From contig JAGIQG010000013.1 of NCBI GenBank assembly GCA_024679065.1, positions 45,632,001 through 45,696,000 of the forward strand: a stretch of 64,000 nt of DNA, written 5' to 3'. Under the pieces are notes generated by a model. The model ran no database searches and was not told where the DNA came from. It saw nothing but the letters and a program-made list of their open reading frames with translations. The number at the start of each line of letters is the position of its first letter. The stretch's first letter is position 1. This DNA is from Sphyrna mokarran (Eukaryota). A program made the translations under genes and the position numbers. Positions 13,421 to 25,470 of this stretch are shown piece after piece.

Positions 13421-14488
13421 CTGTCAGCTGACGAGCTGATGAGATCTCTGTGTCACATTCTTTGGAGATGGCCCATCATATTAAGTGCTTAAGTTGTCAA
13501 CAGCAGACATTCCCGGGGATCAAAAAAACTCGAGAGCAGAGTCCTGTCTCCAAAGAGCTGCGTGGTAATAAGAAGCTGACAATTTTCAATCCCAAGCAAC
13601 ATCAATGGGAGTTATGGAAGCTGCCAGCAATGCACCCAACAGAAAAGGAATGGTGGTCATGGGAGAGGGAGGAGGAGGAAGGGTCACCAGCAAGGACAGG
13701 AACACGGTTCTCATTGGCTCCCCAACTTCCTGATGCCTGGTCTCAGGCATTGAATGCATGAAAGAAAGGGCCTCCCTCTCTGTTGCACACTGAAGGGTTT
13801 TAATTTGTGTCACTGTGGGGATTCCCTTCCTGAGCCTTCCCTCCTGGACTTATTGCAATCACTTAATCTGGTTGAGTCCCCACCTGACACACACCTGCCT
13901 GATTAAATATTCCCATTCCTCCCCACCTCAAAACATCCATCAGGAAGAGCAGTAAATTCCCTCATGGTCTGCAAAGTAGTTAAGTCCACTAGTATTTTCC
14001 CTGCCACTCTTTGACTGGCGAATAGGATGTATAGCTTAAATAGATAGGAGTTCTCAGCTCTGAATTGACAACCAAAAATTACTTTCTGAAGTCAAAGCCA
14101 CAGCTCAATGAACCTGGATGCAGGTTTTGAACACTTCTGGAGAGAGATGCAGGGAGAGTTCTGACATTCAAACAGCAGCCTCCAGAGAGAGAGGGAGAGA
14201 AACACCTCTTGTTTCTTTCAGGATTAAGCAGAAACTAAGCTGATTTTCCTTGTAAACTTAGCTTTGCCCATTCACGTAACTCTGTCTCTTATCAACCAAC
14301 TAATTATACCTACTGTGAAATCCCAGAAAAAACAAACAAACAAAAATGCTCAGCTTAAAACAAACATCCGATTATCTAGGATCAATTATTCTTCTGCATT
14401 CTCAGCATGAAACTGCCTGGTTTGCAGACTGATTGGCACCAGGTAAGCCAGAGCTGAATTTTAAACACTTCTCTCTGAAGAAAATGAT

Positions 14489-14711
14489 GGGGGATATTCT
14501 CCAGCCATTCTCCCAGACCGATTCTCTGGTCCCACTAACAGTGCAGCCACTCCCATGGATTTTGAGGCAGCATGGGTGACATTAATTATAATTTCTAATT
14601 AATTAATTAATTCCCATTGACAGCAATAGGACCAGAGAATCCTGCTATCAGCAAACTGCACCACCTCCCACTGCCAAGAAAGATGCAGCTGGAAGGCCAG
14701 GAAATTCCTCC
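14489..14711 (-). mobile_element. MITE (Harbinger-like TIRs), same family as 22398-22602 in opposite orientation
   Basis: Ends gggggatattctccagcc / ggccaggaaattcctcc; internal ttcccattgacagc mirrors gctgtcaatagaa in the 22398 copy; carries a (TAAT)n insert. Confidence 0.65.
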
Positions 14712-14892
14712 AACATAAATATATTTCTTAAAGATAGAATATCATCAACTTACTAATACCATTGACAGACCATCAACTGACTAAATTTAAATGTGATCAA
14801 GCTAGTGATAATGACATGATAAAAATGGCAGCACCAAATACATAGTACAAACTCCACACGAGAAGCCACATTATGTAGATCATTTTCTTTGG

Positions 14893-15060
14893 GCCAACAT
14901 TTCGAGACATGATGACCCTTTATCAGAGCAACTCTGACAAAGGGTCATCCTGATTCAAAACACTGGATCTATTCTCTCCCCACAGCTGCTGTCAGACTTG
15001 AGATTTTCTAGCATTTTCTGTTTTTGTTTCAGATTTCAGCATCCACAGTATTTTGCTTTT
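14893..15060. mobile_element. Penelope-like element terminus in inverted configuration
   Basis: Hairpin gatgaccctttatcagag-caa-ctctgacaaagggtcatc followed by cacagctgctgtcagac...cagcatccacagtattttgctttt. Confidence 0.65.
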
Positions 15061-15520
15061 GTTTGCGGGAACTCAAGGTTTGTTACACTAAGCATGATTT
15101 TAAATGAGCAGTTTCATTGCTTGACTATATGCCCCTGCTGAAAGTTCAATCATGAACTGGGCATAATTATTTTCCAACAAAATTCCTGTATATGTACATT
15201 CAGATGAGGACATTTAAGAGGCAAGATTGGCTACATTTGGGCTAAGAAACTGAAAAAATATATTTTTCCATGTTCAGACACCTCTGTATCTCTCTATCTC
15301 TCTCCAGAAGTGTTCAAAACCTGCACCTAGGTTCATCGAGCTGTGGCTTTGACTTCAGAAAGTAATTTTTGGTTGTCAATTCAGAGCTGAGAACTCCTTT
15401 CTATTAAGCTATACATCCTATTTGCCAGTCAAAGAGTGGCAGGGAAAGTACTAGTGGACCTAATTGCTTTGCAGGCCATGAGGGAATTTAATGCTCCTTC
15501 CAGATGCATGTTTTGAGGTT

Positions 15521-15598
15521 GGGGGGAGTGAGATGGATGGAGGGAGGGGGGGGGGGGGGGGGGGGGGGAGAGGTGGGGGGGGAGGAGAGTGGGGGGGG
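15521..15598 (+). repeat. Poly-G / G-rich tract (G-quadruplex capable)
   Basis: A run of more than 20 G plus several shorter G runs; the left arm has only cccattcctccccacctc at the equivalent site. Confidence 0.9.
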
Positions 15599-16824
15599 AA
15601 TATTTAATCAGGTAGATTTGTGTCAGGTGGGGACTTAACCAGATTAAGTGGTTGAAATAAGTCTAGGAGGGAAGGCTCAGGAAGGGAATCCCCACAGTGA
15701 CACCAATTAAGACCTTTCAGTATGCAACAGAAAGGGAGGCCTTTCTTTCATGCATTCAATGCCTGAAGGGAGCCAACAAGAACCATGTCCATGTCCATGT
15801 CCTTGCTGATGACCCTGCCTCCTTCCTCCCTCTCCCATGTGCAGGCAGATCTAGATGTTGGTTCTTAGATTTCTTTACGTGTTAGTGCCTCAGAAATTTG
15901 ATGTAGTAGCAACTGGGTCCTTCCAGGAAACATTTTGGTGACATTTGCCACATTAATTAGGCAGCAGCACGCTATTGCATTAAGATAGTGACTGATGTTC
16001 CCTTTAGGTAGGACTTGCATTAAATTTTCCTCCCAGTGGAACTGGGGAAAGAAAGAATTATATAATTCTTGAATAAAACAAGTGCCATAAATAATTTTTA
16101 ACTTTAAAATAGTTAGTCTTGTAGTCATCAAGGAAAGGCATTCGATCTTTTATTCTTGGGTAAATGTGTGCTCATAAAAGCAGTGGATGTTACTTCTTTG
16201 CACTCACTGAGTGTATAAAGCAACGTGAATCATGTACAGCACAGATTAGATGCAGGATTAAACTAACTCTATTCTCTTTCAACAATTTAACCTAACAACA
16301 GAAGTGCGACTTTGATTTCACCATGGTGAAAGTTTTCTATTTCCCATATCTAGTGTCAAAGGAAAACATAATTTCCACAATAAGCATTCTGTACTTCAGG
16401 CCTACATCTATTAAAAATAAAAAAAAAGATTACAAACTATTTCCTGAAGAGTGAAAGACATTGCCACATGTCATCCAATTGTTTTAAATAATAAGCTCAT
16501 GTTTCCATTCCAGGTGTTATTTTCTTGGACCTGAAGAATCTTGAACAGATAGACATCATTCATATCTCCTCTTGGCACCTATTTGCCATGAGAAACGATT
16601 TTGAGAACAAGTTAGCCATCATTTACATTACAGTAATAATACTCCTAATCTACAGCAGGGAGTAATCAATATAAAGTCTATAATTATTAGATGGTGCATT
16701 TTTCAATTGCAAATTGCATCAATAGATTTTGACCTTATAGATTAATCTGCAATTATTTAGCTTAGCTGTACATACACAAAACTTGACCTATTATACCCTT
16801 GATATAGGATGTTCTATATCAAGA

Positions 16825-17065
16825 ATATAGGGTAATCAAACCTATCCTTGAATATTGCCGAAACAAAACTGTGTCAACCCACACTTGGTCAGCCAAATAT
16901 TCAACTTCCCATGTATTTAGAAGAGGAGAATGTGAAATCTGTCAAGTGGTTCCCATACCTTGGCAGCCACATCTGTAAAGCTTGAGAAGATCCAACACTG
17001 GAGGAGCTGCATCAGTTCTTTCTTCTCAGAGCAATGGCAGCCAATGTTTGACAACAACTTTGCAT
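16825..17065 (+). mobile_element. RTE-clade LINE RT fragment
   Basis: Translates to LSLNIAETK...VKWFPYLGSHI...KIQHW, matching RTE motifs LNIxKTK, FPYLGS and EIQHR. Confidence 0.65.
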
Positions 17066-18804
17066 GTGAGCAAGTGTCCTTGGATAGAATTTTCACTTAT
17101 TTGGCAGAATGAGACAACAGGCAGGGAAAAGTGGCATTGAAACTGCTGGCACCAACAATAGCTTCAATGATGACTGCTTCTTTGTTGGGAACATTGAAAA
17201 AATATGGCAATTGGTGGGTGACACTACATCATGCTGAAAGGGTGGTCTCTGATTGTGCCTGCCCTGCTGCCAACTTAGATTTTTAAATATCTGGGCACCA
17301 TTTTTAAAAAAACATCCTGGTGCACAGCAGTTCATATGGAGCCTTCCCATCCTTCCACTCCCCTGATGCAGACCTCCCCCTCATTGGCACTGCCAGGGGT
17401 AGTGCCAAGTGGTAAAGGATGAGCCTCTCGCCCGAGAGTGATGCGTTCAGCTGAGCTCCTCTGGAATATCTGTCTGCTCGGTGCACGTCATAGGAGATCA
17501 TTATTAATTTATGGTAGAACATGAGTAAATGTCATCCTTGAATCAAGGGACAGCCGACAATAACAGCCAACAAACTGGATGCATGACTTTATAGAACCAT
17601 CCCTAATAACTGTTTGGAAAGTTGCAAGTATATTTTCAGAAACGATAAGGTAAACATTAGACAGGGTTATTCAGCATATTTGTCTTAATGTATTGTTTAG
17701 TTTATGTAAAAAGCGCTCGTAGATTATTCTGAGTGTTAGAGATTCTGCTAAGCACTGTAAATCTCAAGCAGCCATTTGACGTAAATAGTTTTAGTCTCTG
17801 ACTACTTTAAGGAATGAATTGAATCATTCACATGATGATTTTCAACTGTCTCATTGAGTTGAGTTAATATGCTGGCCTTTCACTTCTGAGCATTTTACTT
17901 GAATTGAGTTAATTTTTTCAAATAATTTAGCATTTTCCTTCAGGTGATATTTGAGGGTTTCCTGCCATAAGCTGAGTTTATCCATTAATTAATGACTATT
18001 TTCCAAATCATAACACATCTCTTTGCTTTTGGCAAAAAGATGTTGGAAATGAATGAATGAATGTTAGAAAGCGAATGCGAAATTTTGCCCATTCTAAATA
18101 TTTAGCAATGGAACCAGAGAGTAAATAGAAAACAAATTCTAACATTATCACCTTTCACTTTGATGACCATTAGTCATCAAAAAGAACACCATTATAAAGT
18201 TGAATTGATAGTTTAGAATAAAAAGCAACGGTAGCAAAAAATATTGCAAGAGGGAAAAACTTGTGTTTCACGATAACATGAAAGCAGGAAACAATTGTCT
18301 TCCCCCCCCAATCAGTGGTGGACCATATTTGTAATATATTAGCATATAATTATCAAGACCATATGCCTGAATCACAGCCCCATGTCAAAAAATCCATCCA
18401 TGGCACTACGCTGTCAGAATAGCATGAAGCCTGACTGATCTCAGTCAGAATATATATGTAGAGTGAGTGATCAGTACTCACAGGGAGCTCAGAGATGTAA
18501 GCAGTGCTAAAGAGAGGGGACCGGGGGAAGAGGGTAATGCCAAGATAATGCCAGAGAATGCACCTAGGTGAAGACTTTTTTCCTGATTTTCTAGATGTCA
18601 GAGGTTGTGGAAATGGGGACTGCAATTTCTTTCTCTAAATTCTGGACTATATGGCAAAATATTCCACCATCGCCATTGGTGACCTCAAAGATGTTTTTCC
18701 CACTCAACCTTGGCCTTTGCCTACACAAGAGAAACTCTCACCCAGAAATAACATTCTAAGTCCAATATGGCTCTTCTTCAGAACCCAGTTTTTGATTTCT
18801 CACT

Positions 18805-18895
18805 CGACGATGCTGCCAGACCTGCTGAGCTTCCAAGCATTTTCTCTTTTTATTTCAGATGTTCAGCATTTGCAGTATTTTGCTCTTATTTTAGT
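18805..18895 (+). mobile_element. Penelope-like terminus fragment
   Basis: gatgctgccagacctgctgagc...tttcagatgttcagcatttgcagtattttgct, the same family as 14965-15060. Confidence 0.65.
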
Positions 18896-18907
18896 GTATT
18901 TTTATTT

Positions 18908-19771
18908 CAGTATTGTAAACTGTGAAGAGGGCAATATAGAATTTTGAAAGGACATAGACAAGTTGTTGGAGTGGCATTTAGGTGGCCAATGAAGTTAAGG
19001 GCAAAGAAGCTTGAGGTGAAGCTTTTTGGTATGGAGAACGTAGAGAAACAACCTAAAATAATGAGTAAAATTCTTGAAGAGGTTAAGAACAGAAGGACCC
19101 TGGGTAGAAATGTGCATAGATCATTGAAGATAGCAGGACAGGTGGAGAAATCAGTTAAAAAAGCATTTGGTCTTCTGTGTTTTATCAATAAGGGCATAGA
19201 CTACAAGAATAAGGAGGTTATGCTGAACATGTATAAGATGCTGGTTAGATTTCAGCTGGAATACTGTTTACAGTTCTGGGTGCCACATTATAGAAAACAT
19301 TGGAGATAGTGCAGAAGAATTGTACAGGAATGTTTCCCAAGCTGAGAAACATTAGTTATAAGGATAGATTGGAGTGGTTGGGACTGTTCTCCTTGGAAAG
19401 GTGGTAGCTAACAGCAGATCTGATAGAGATAATCAAAATTATGAAGGGGTTAATCAGTGTAAATGGGATCCTGCTGGTAAAAGGATGAAGGAGGACACAG
19501 TTTTAAGAGATTTGTGAAAGAAGCAAATGTGATGTTAAAAATGAATGGTTCAGCTCTGGAATTCACTGCCTGGAAGTTGATTGGAGGCAGGTTCAATCAA
19601 GGCATTGAAGAGGTCATTAAATGATTATTTAAAGAGAAATAATTTGCAGGGTTATGTGGAAAAGGTAGGGGAATGGCAGTAAGTAGTAATATTGCTTGTT
19701 TAGAGAGTTGCTGCAGACAAAATGGGCCAAATGGCCTCCTTCTGCACCACAATAATTCTGTGAATTCTGTG
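18908..19771 (+). mobile_element. CR1 (HER1-like) LINE 3' end
   Basis: ORF 18944-19309 contains VKKAFGLLCFINKGIDYKNKEVMLNMYKMLVRFQLEYCLQFWVPHYRK; tail gggccaaatggcctccttctg...attctgtga. Confidence 0.92.
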
Positions 19772-20759
19772 ACAGTTTCTTGAAAAAATCCAATATTATT
19801 CCTATCTTTTGCAGTATTGTTATTTAGAATTGACTCTTTTTGAAATGTTTAAATAAATTATTTTGAGATGGTTAAACATATTCTATCATTTCTCTCTTAA
19901 ATAGTTAAACAGTCATTTTGTTTTAGTTTCACTTAAGAAATCAGAATTTTATCTATTTTGCACCATTCCAGTTTGTGCTATTCATAATTGGAATTCAAAA
20001 TAGTCGAATAATATAAATTCTATAGAGGTGAGATGCTTCCCATAGTTTTTTTTTGTGGGAATGATGTATTGGACAAGTTTACAAACTCATTGCTTGCTCA
20101 CATCATTACCAAGGAATGATCCCATTCTACAATAAAATCATAGATATTGTATCAGATTTTCACAGTTATCATATTTATTGCAACAAATCTTTTTTTTCAC
20201 CTGCCCTCGTAAATGGCGCATACCTTTCAGGAGATGACAGTAGCAAGTTCCTTTTAGAGTCCTCGAGAATGAACAAGATCTTTCTCTCACTATGTTTTGA
20301 CAGGTGCTACAATTCTGATCAAAGATGTGCTTGAGGTCCACTTTCACAGATATATGTTATAAGGAATACCTGGAGTGGCTTTAAAAAAAAGTACTTCATT
20401 TTCTGTTTGACCTCTCTGTCCATCCCTGCCATCCAGGAATCTTGGCTGCAGAACATCCTTGAGCTGACAACTGATAGCTGAAGTGCAATTTTCAGTGAAA
20501 CAGCCCTGATATGACTTAATACTTTGATGGAGCTTCCTGAATTCTGCTACAGTTTTTCACTGGATTCTCAACTGAATGAACTACTCCTAATAAGAATAGG
20601 TTACATTAATCAAAGGTTACGGTGCAATAATTATGCTGCTCTTAATTTTTCAGGTTAGAAATTGGTACAACAATTAAAATCGAATGAAGAAGTTGATTCA
20701 TGAAGGTTCTATCCAGGAAATAGATGGAGCTGTGTTCCCAAAAACATTTCAGCCTATGC

Positions 20760-20936
20760 TTCACTTGCAGGGATCAAGATCCTGGAACTCTCTCCCAAAT
20801 AGCAATGTGGGTCAATGCACAGCATATTGGCTGCAACATTTCAAAAAGCTCACCACCACCTTCTCAAGGGCAATTAAAGTTGGGCAATAAATGCTGGCAG
20901 CAACATATATATCTCACGCATGAACAAGAAAAAAGT
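20760..20936 (+). mobile_element. Crack/L2-like LINE 3' tail
   Basis: ctcaccaccaccttctcaagggcaatta...gggcaataaatgctggc. Confidence 0.82.
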
Positions 20937-21889
20937 TTCACCTGTTACAGTGCAACACATTTCAGGCATAAAAGGTTCTGATCAACACTGAGGTTGAATT
21001 CCATCACAGTATTTACCTTCAGCACTGGACAAAGATTGTGGCATTGAACCATATCACAATCTCAAATCCAATTGCAACTGGCCCCAAAATTTCACCAGTG
21101 ATACCCTTGGTATTTTATCTGTGTAATAGTCATTTACACTACTATGTTTTGTGATTAACCTCATCTAAATATGTGAACAATATTCTAATCAATGCTTTCC
21201 CAATGGGAGAATGACTATAGACTTCAAATTTAATAAAATAAAGATTTTGATTTATAGTGGGAAATCTATTTTCTAATTAACCTAATTTTCATATGTAAAT
21301 ATGACCTAATTACCATAATTAATGTTTTGTCATTAATAGCATCATGAATACAGAATCTGTATTTCATAAAGATAGAATTTTCCTGAGTTATGGGAGAAGC
21401 CTATTTGTAATTAACCAAGTGTGTATATGTAAATTATATATAATTAACATATTTAAACAGTTTTGTCATATTTACTATTTTTGCTCTGTTCATTAGGACA
21501 CAATTCATATGTAAAATTTGAAAGAGATAAATTTAACTAGTTTCCTCACTTACATAATTTTCTTTCTAGTGCAAGCCTCTTCTTTCTGTTCTGTCGGCAT
21601 GAAGAAGATTGATCGAGTGACTCAAAGGCTTAGTGCATCAGTCTATATTGGCCAAGGGCTCTGGCCTTATTTAAATGTTGCCAGCTAAACAAGCTAAATA
21701 TCTGAAGCAGGGTGTTCCACAGGCAACTGGTTGACTCTGAGATTGAGGAGGTTGAAAAGTGGGTCAGGGTTGTTAGGGAGGAGAGAAGGAGGAGAGGCGA
21801 AAGGAGAGAAGGAGGGAGTCAGCAAATCACAAGGAGATGCCAACATAATGACAACTGACCAGCATTTCTCTGAAAGCCTTGGCCTCACA

Positions 21890-22194
21890 GTAGCATAGGA
21901 GTGGCACAGTGGTTAACCACTGCTGCCGCACAGCACCAAGGACCTAGGTTCAATTCCTGGCTTGGGTCATTGTCCGTGTGGAGTTTGCACATTCTCCCCA
22001 TATCTGTGCGGGTTTCCTCCAGTGCTCCTGTTCCCTCCTAGAGTGCAAAGATGTGTGGGTTAAGTGGATTGGCCATGCTAAATTGCCCCTTAATGTCAGG
22101 AGGACTAGCGAGAGTAAATGCGTGGGTTAATAAGGATAGGACCAGAGTGGGATATGGCCTCCTTCTGCATTTTAGGGCTCTATGATTCTATGAG
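21890..22194 (+). mobile_element. HE1-type SINE
   Basis: gtggcacagtggtta...gtgtggagtttgcacattctcc...ctatgattctatga. Confidence 0.92.
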
Positions 22195-22397
22195 CCAACT
22201 TCTCTTCAGCTGCAAAAATAGGACTGAAAACTCCTAGGCTATTTGGTTTCTCGAAGATAAATCTAACCAATATCATTATTTGCAAAATATTTACAAACTT
22301 GAATAACACACTACAGTCCTTTGCATTATATTTCTTGAGGGTAAATCAGAATATAGAGAGAGAGACCATTATTGCAGAGTGTTGACGATCAAGTTGT

Positions 22398-22602
22398 GGA
22401 GGGATTTCTCTGGCCTCCCTGCAATGTGTTTCATGTGGCAGATGTTGAGATGTTCACTGGCGGTGGGATTTTCAGGTCCCACTGCTGTCAATAGAATTTT
22501 CCACTGAATCCACCCCACACCATCGGTAAAACCTGAGGTGGGGGTGTGCCATTGGTGGGATTGGAAGATTTTTTTGGCATGAACAGCCAGAGAATTCTAG
22601 CC
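22398..22602 (+). mobile_element. MITE (Harbinger-like TIRs)
   Basis: Ends ggagggatttctctggc / gccagagaattctagcc with internal subterminal repeats (ggtgggatt). Confidence 0.65.
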
Positions 22603-22619
22603 ATAGAAACAAAACCTGG

Positions 22620-23390
22620 ACAGAATTTGTTTCATTCACTAGAAAGATGTTTCAGTCATGATTTCAAGTGTTTCTCATTCATAGGTTAGATCCAGTTTTG
22701 GCATTTGCCATTGAGCCTCTTGTACTTGTCTTGTAGTTAATAGTTGTTTAGTCTTTTGAAATGCAGATGTTGAACTCATGATTTTCAAGTTATTCTCTAA
22801 GCTCTTGTAATAGCCAATTTAACTATAAAGCTGCTCAAAGCAAGGTTATAAATATAATTAATTGCAAATCTGTATGGTTTTTTAAACATTCTCATCAATG
22901 CAGATTTGAGATAAACTTTAAATTTTGGGCTAACATATGGATATACTGAGAAACTCATTCTTTGCCTGCTTCTTTCAAATAATTTTTTTGTTAATAGATG
23001 GTAGGAAATATTGAATTACTATGAATTATTCGAAAGAAGCAGGCAAAGAATGAATATCTCAAAATGTCCATATGTTAGTCCAAAATTTAAAGTTTATCTC
23101 AAATCTACATTGATGAGAACATTTAAAAAAACCATACAAGATTTGCAATTAATTATATTTATAACCTTGCTTTGAGTGGCTTTATAGTTAAATTGGCTGT
23201 TACAAGGGCTTAGAGAATAACTTGAAAATCATGAGTTCAACATCTGCATTTCAAAAGACTAAGCAACTATTAACTACAAGACAAGTACAAACAAGAGGCT
23301 CAATGGCAAATGCCAAAACTGGATCTAACCTATGAATGAGAAACACTTGAAGTCATGACTGAAATATCTTTTTAGTGAAACAAATTCTGT
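22620..23390. repeat. Long palindrome: arms 22620-22984 and 23024-23390, 39 bp spacer
   Basis: Manual alignment of the left arm to the reverse complement of the right arm gave about 18 substitutions and 4 small indels over ~365 bp. Confidence 0.97.
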
Positions 23391-25170
23391 ACACGATTCC
23401 CAGTTGATGATTCTATTTTCATGTCTTTTAGCAATAAACATTCAAAATACATCTTTAACACATTATGCAAATTATATAATGTGTGATATGTTATTTATTA
23501 TGCATGTGCATTGATAACATAAACAATTTTTTGTATCAGATGCTACTTGGTAAATTTTTTTTCAGTGACTGCGTTTTATACTCTTCTCCAACAGTTTTGA
23601 ATAAATTGCATTGATACAGTGTCTTTAATTTGGAATTAAAATTTCCTTAGGCATTTAACAGATAAAAAGTAACTGCTGAGCAAAACAAAAAGAAAATATT
23701 TAATTAAATGGCAGGTTTGAAGGAAGAGGAAGAGGTTGAAAGGTACTAAAGTAGGTGTCTGACCTGCCCACTCAGAATTCTTCAGGTGACCTACAGTGGC
23801 TGCTAACCAAAGAAAATTTATTGGAGCCAGGAGGAACAGAAGTATTCCATTTCCCTCACCCTTGACAGTGCAGTCCTGATAATTATGCTTCTGCACCAGA
23901 ACCTGCCCTAAACTGCATCCCAAAACTTAGCTGAGGGCTGTTTCTGGTGTGGAAAGCAGTTGGAATTGAATTTTATCCAATGAAATAGGCTACTTGGAGA
24001 TAAAACTCAGTAATTTCCTACAACAATATATGTTTACCAATCAATATTGAGTCAGCCAGCATGCTATTAATTCCACTTCTAAAATTGAGGTGAATAACCC
24101 ATAGATAAAATTTTAATTTCCTTTCGTTTGTGATTCACAAGCTATGGAATTCAATTCATAGAAATATTTTTTAAAATGGCTTTCTTTAATTTAATTATGG
24201 ATCCTGAAGAGGGCAATTTTCAAAGTAGTAGATGGCAAGTTCCAGGTGATGACAAAATAATGGAATACCTGCATTTTTAAAGCAGGATTTTTTTAAAATT
24301 CTTATCAGTGATTCACTTAAAATGAAAATAAATTGGCATCACTAGCAGCAGCTCACAATTTTCACACTCTCAGGCCAGGAGAAATTAGGCTTAATACATC
24401 CAGAAAAGTAAGCTATTCTGACATACCAATGCTCCTTAATAGAATGCCTGAACCGAGACATCTCTTGCACACCCTAAGTGAGACAATAGTTGTGACATTT
24501 ACTGAAGAACATTGGAAGGTTTCTGCTGTGGCCCTACAGCAACAATTACCCCAGGGTATTACACATTTGAATTCCTTCAGTTGTCAGAGGGAAGATACTT
24601 TCATCTCATATATCTAAATTGATTCCAGGTCTCGGATAGGAAGAAGTGGAAAGACTTCCCACACTGTCATTCAGCAACCAATTAGTTTGAATCAATAACA
24701 GGTTATTTATTAAACCTAACATAACTTGTTTTAATCACAGTGACCAAATGCTTAGACTGAGGAGTAAGAAGGAAACCTGTGAACATTCGGAATGTGTGAA
24801 TAACACTGCTTTGTAAGTTCTGTAGGTCACATACTAATAGCAGTTCAATTACATGTTCAGGGATTGATAACTCTGTTCCAGATAAAACCAGCCCAGGTCA
24901 GCAGTGGGGTATAAATACAACGGTTGCTGGCAGTATAATGCAATTACCCCTATTATTGCTACAAAAAATCCATTCAAACTTCGGGGAAAACTCGTTTAGA
25001 TGCCAAATCATGTAGACACAGATTTTTTAAAAATACTTTTCTTCAATCAGTTTCTTATATGGTAAGAAAATACTGTTTTCGGGCAATACAAACCCACTTA
25101 ATCCATTCCTTTGGTATCTTCCACTGCACCTTCAAAATTAGCTTTATTTCCATATTTTTGGCCACATCAC

Positions 25171-25470
25171 GGGTGGCATGGTGGCACAGAGGTTAGCACT
25201 GCTGCCTCACAACACCAGGGACCCAGGTTCAATTCCTAGCTTGGGTCACTGTCTGTGAGGTATCTGCACATTCTCACCATGTCTGCATGGGTTTCCTCTG
25301 GGTGCTCTGGTTTCCTCTCACAGTCTGACAGACATACTGGTTAGGTGCATTGGCATGCTTACATTCTCCTGCAGTGTATCCAAACAGGCACCAGAGTGTA
25401 GTGACTAGGGGTTTTTCACAGTAACTTCATTGCAGCCCACTTGTGACAATAAATAAACTTTATTTTTACT
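25171..25470 (+). mobile_element. V-SINE with HE1-like head and alternative tail
   Basis: Head as HE1, but the 3' end reads gactaggggtttttcacagtaacttcattgcag...gtgacaataaataaacttt. Confidence 0.88.

Larger units (their letters stand above)
13658..15839. repeat. Long inverted duplication: arms ~13658-14165 and ~15272-15839, spacer ~1.1 kb
   Basis: The arms are reverse complements, e.g. gttctcagctctgaattgacaaccaaaaattactttctgaagtcaaagccacagctc versus its reverse complement near 15338-15395. The ORF track mirrors this (MTQIKTLQCATEREA on -, MTPIKTFQYATEREA on +). Confidence 0.95.

Noticed and set aside
20140-20375. Minus-strand coding exon ending ctgaaag|gtatgc
   Set aside because: No frame stays open from the upstream acceptor candidate (ctccag) and the peptide is not recognisable.
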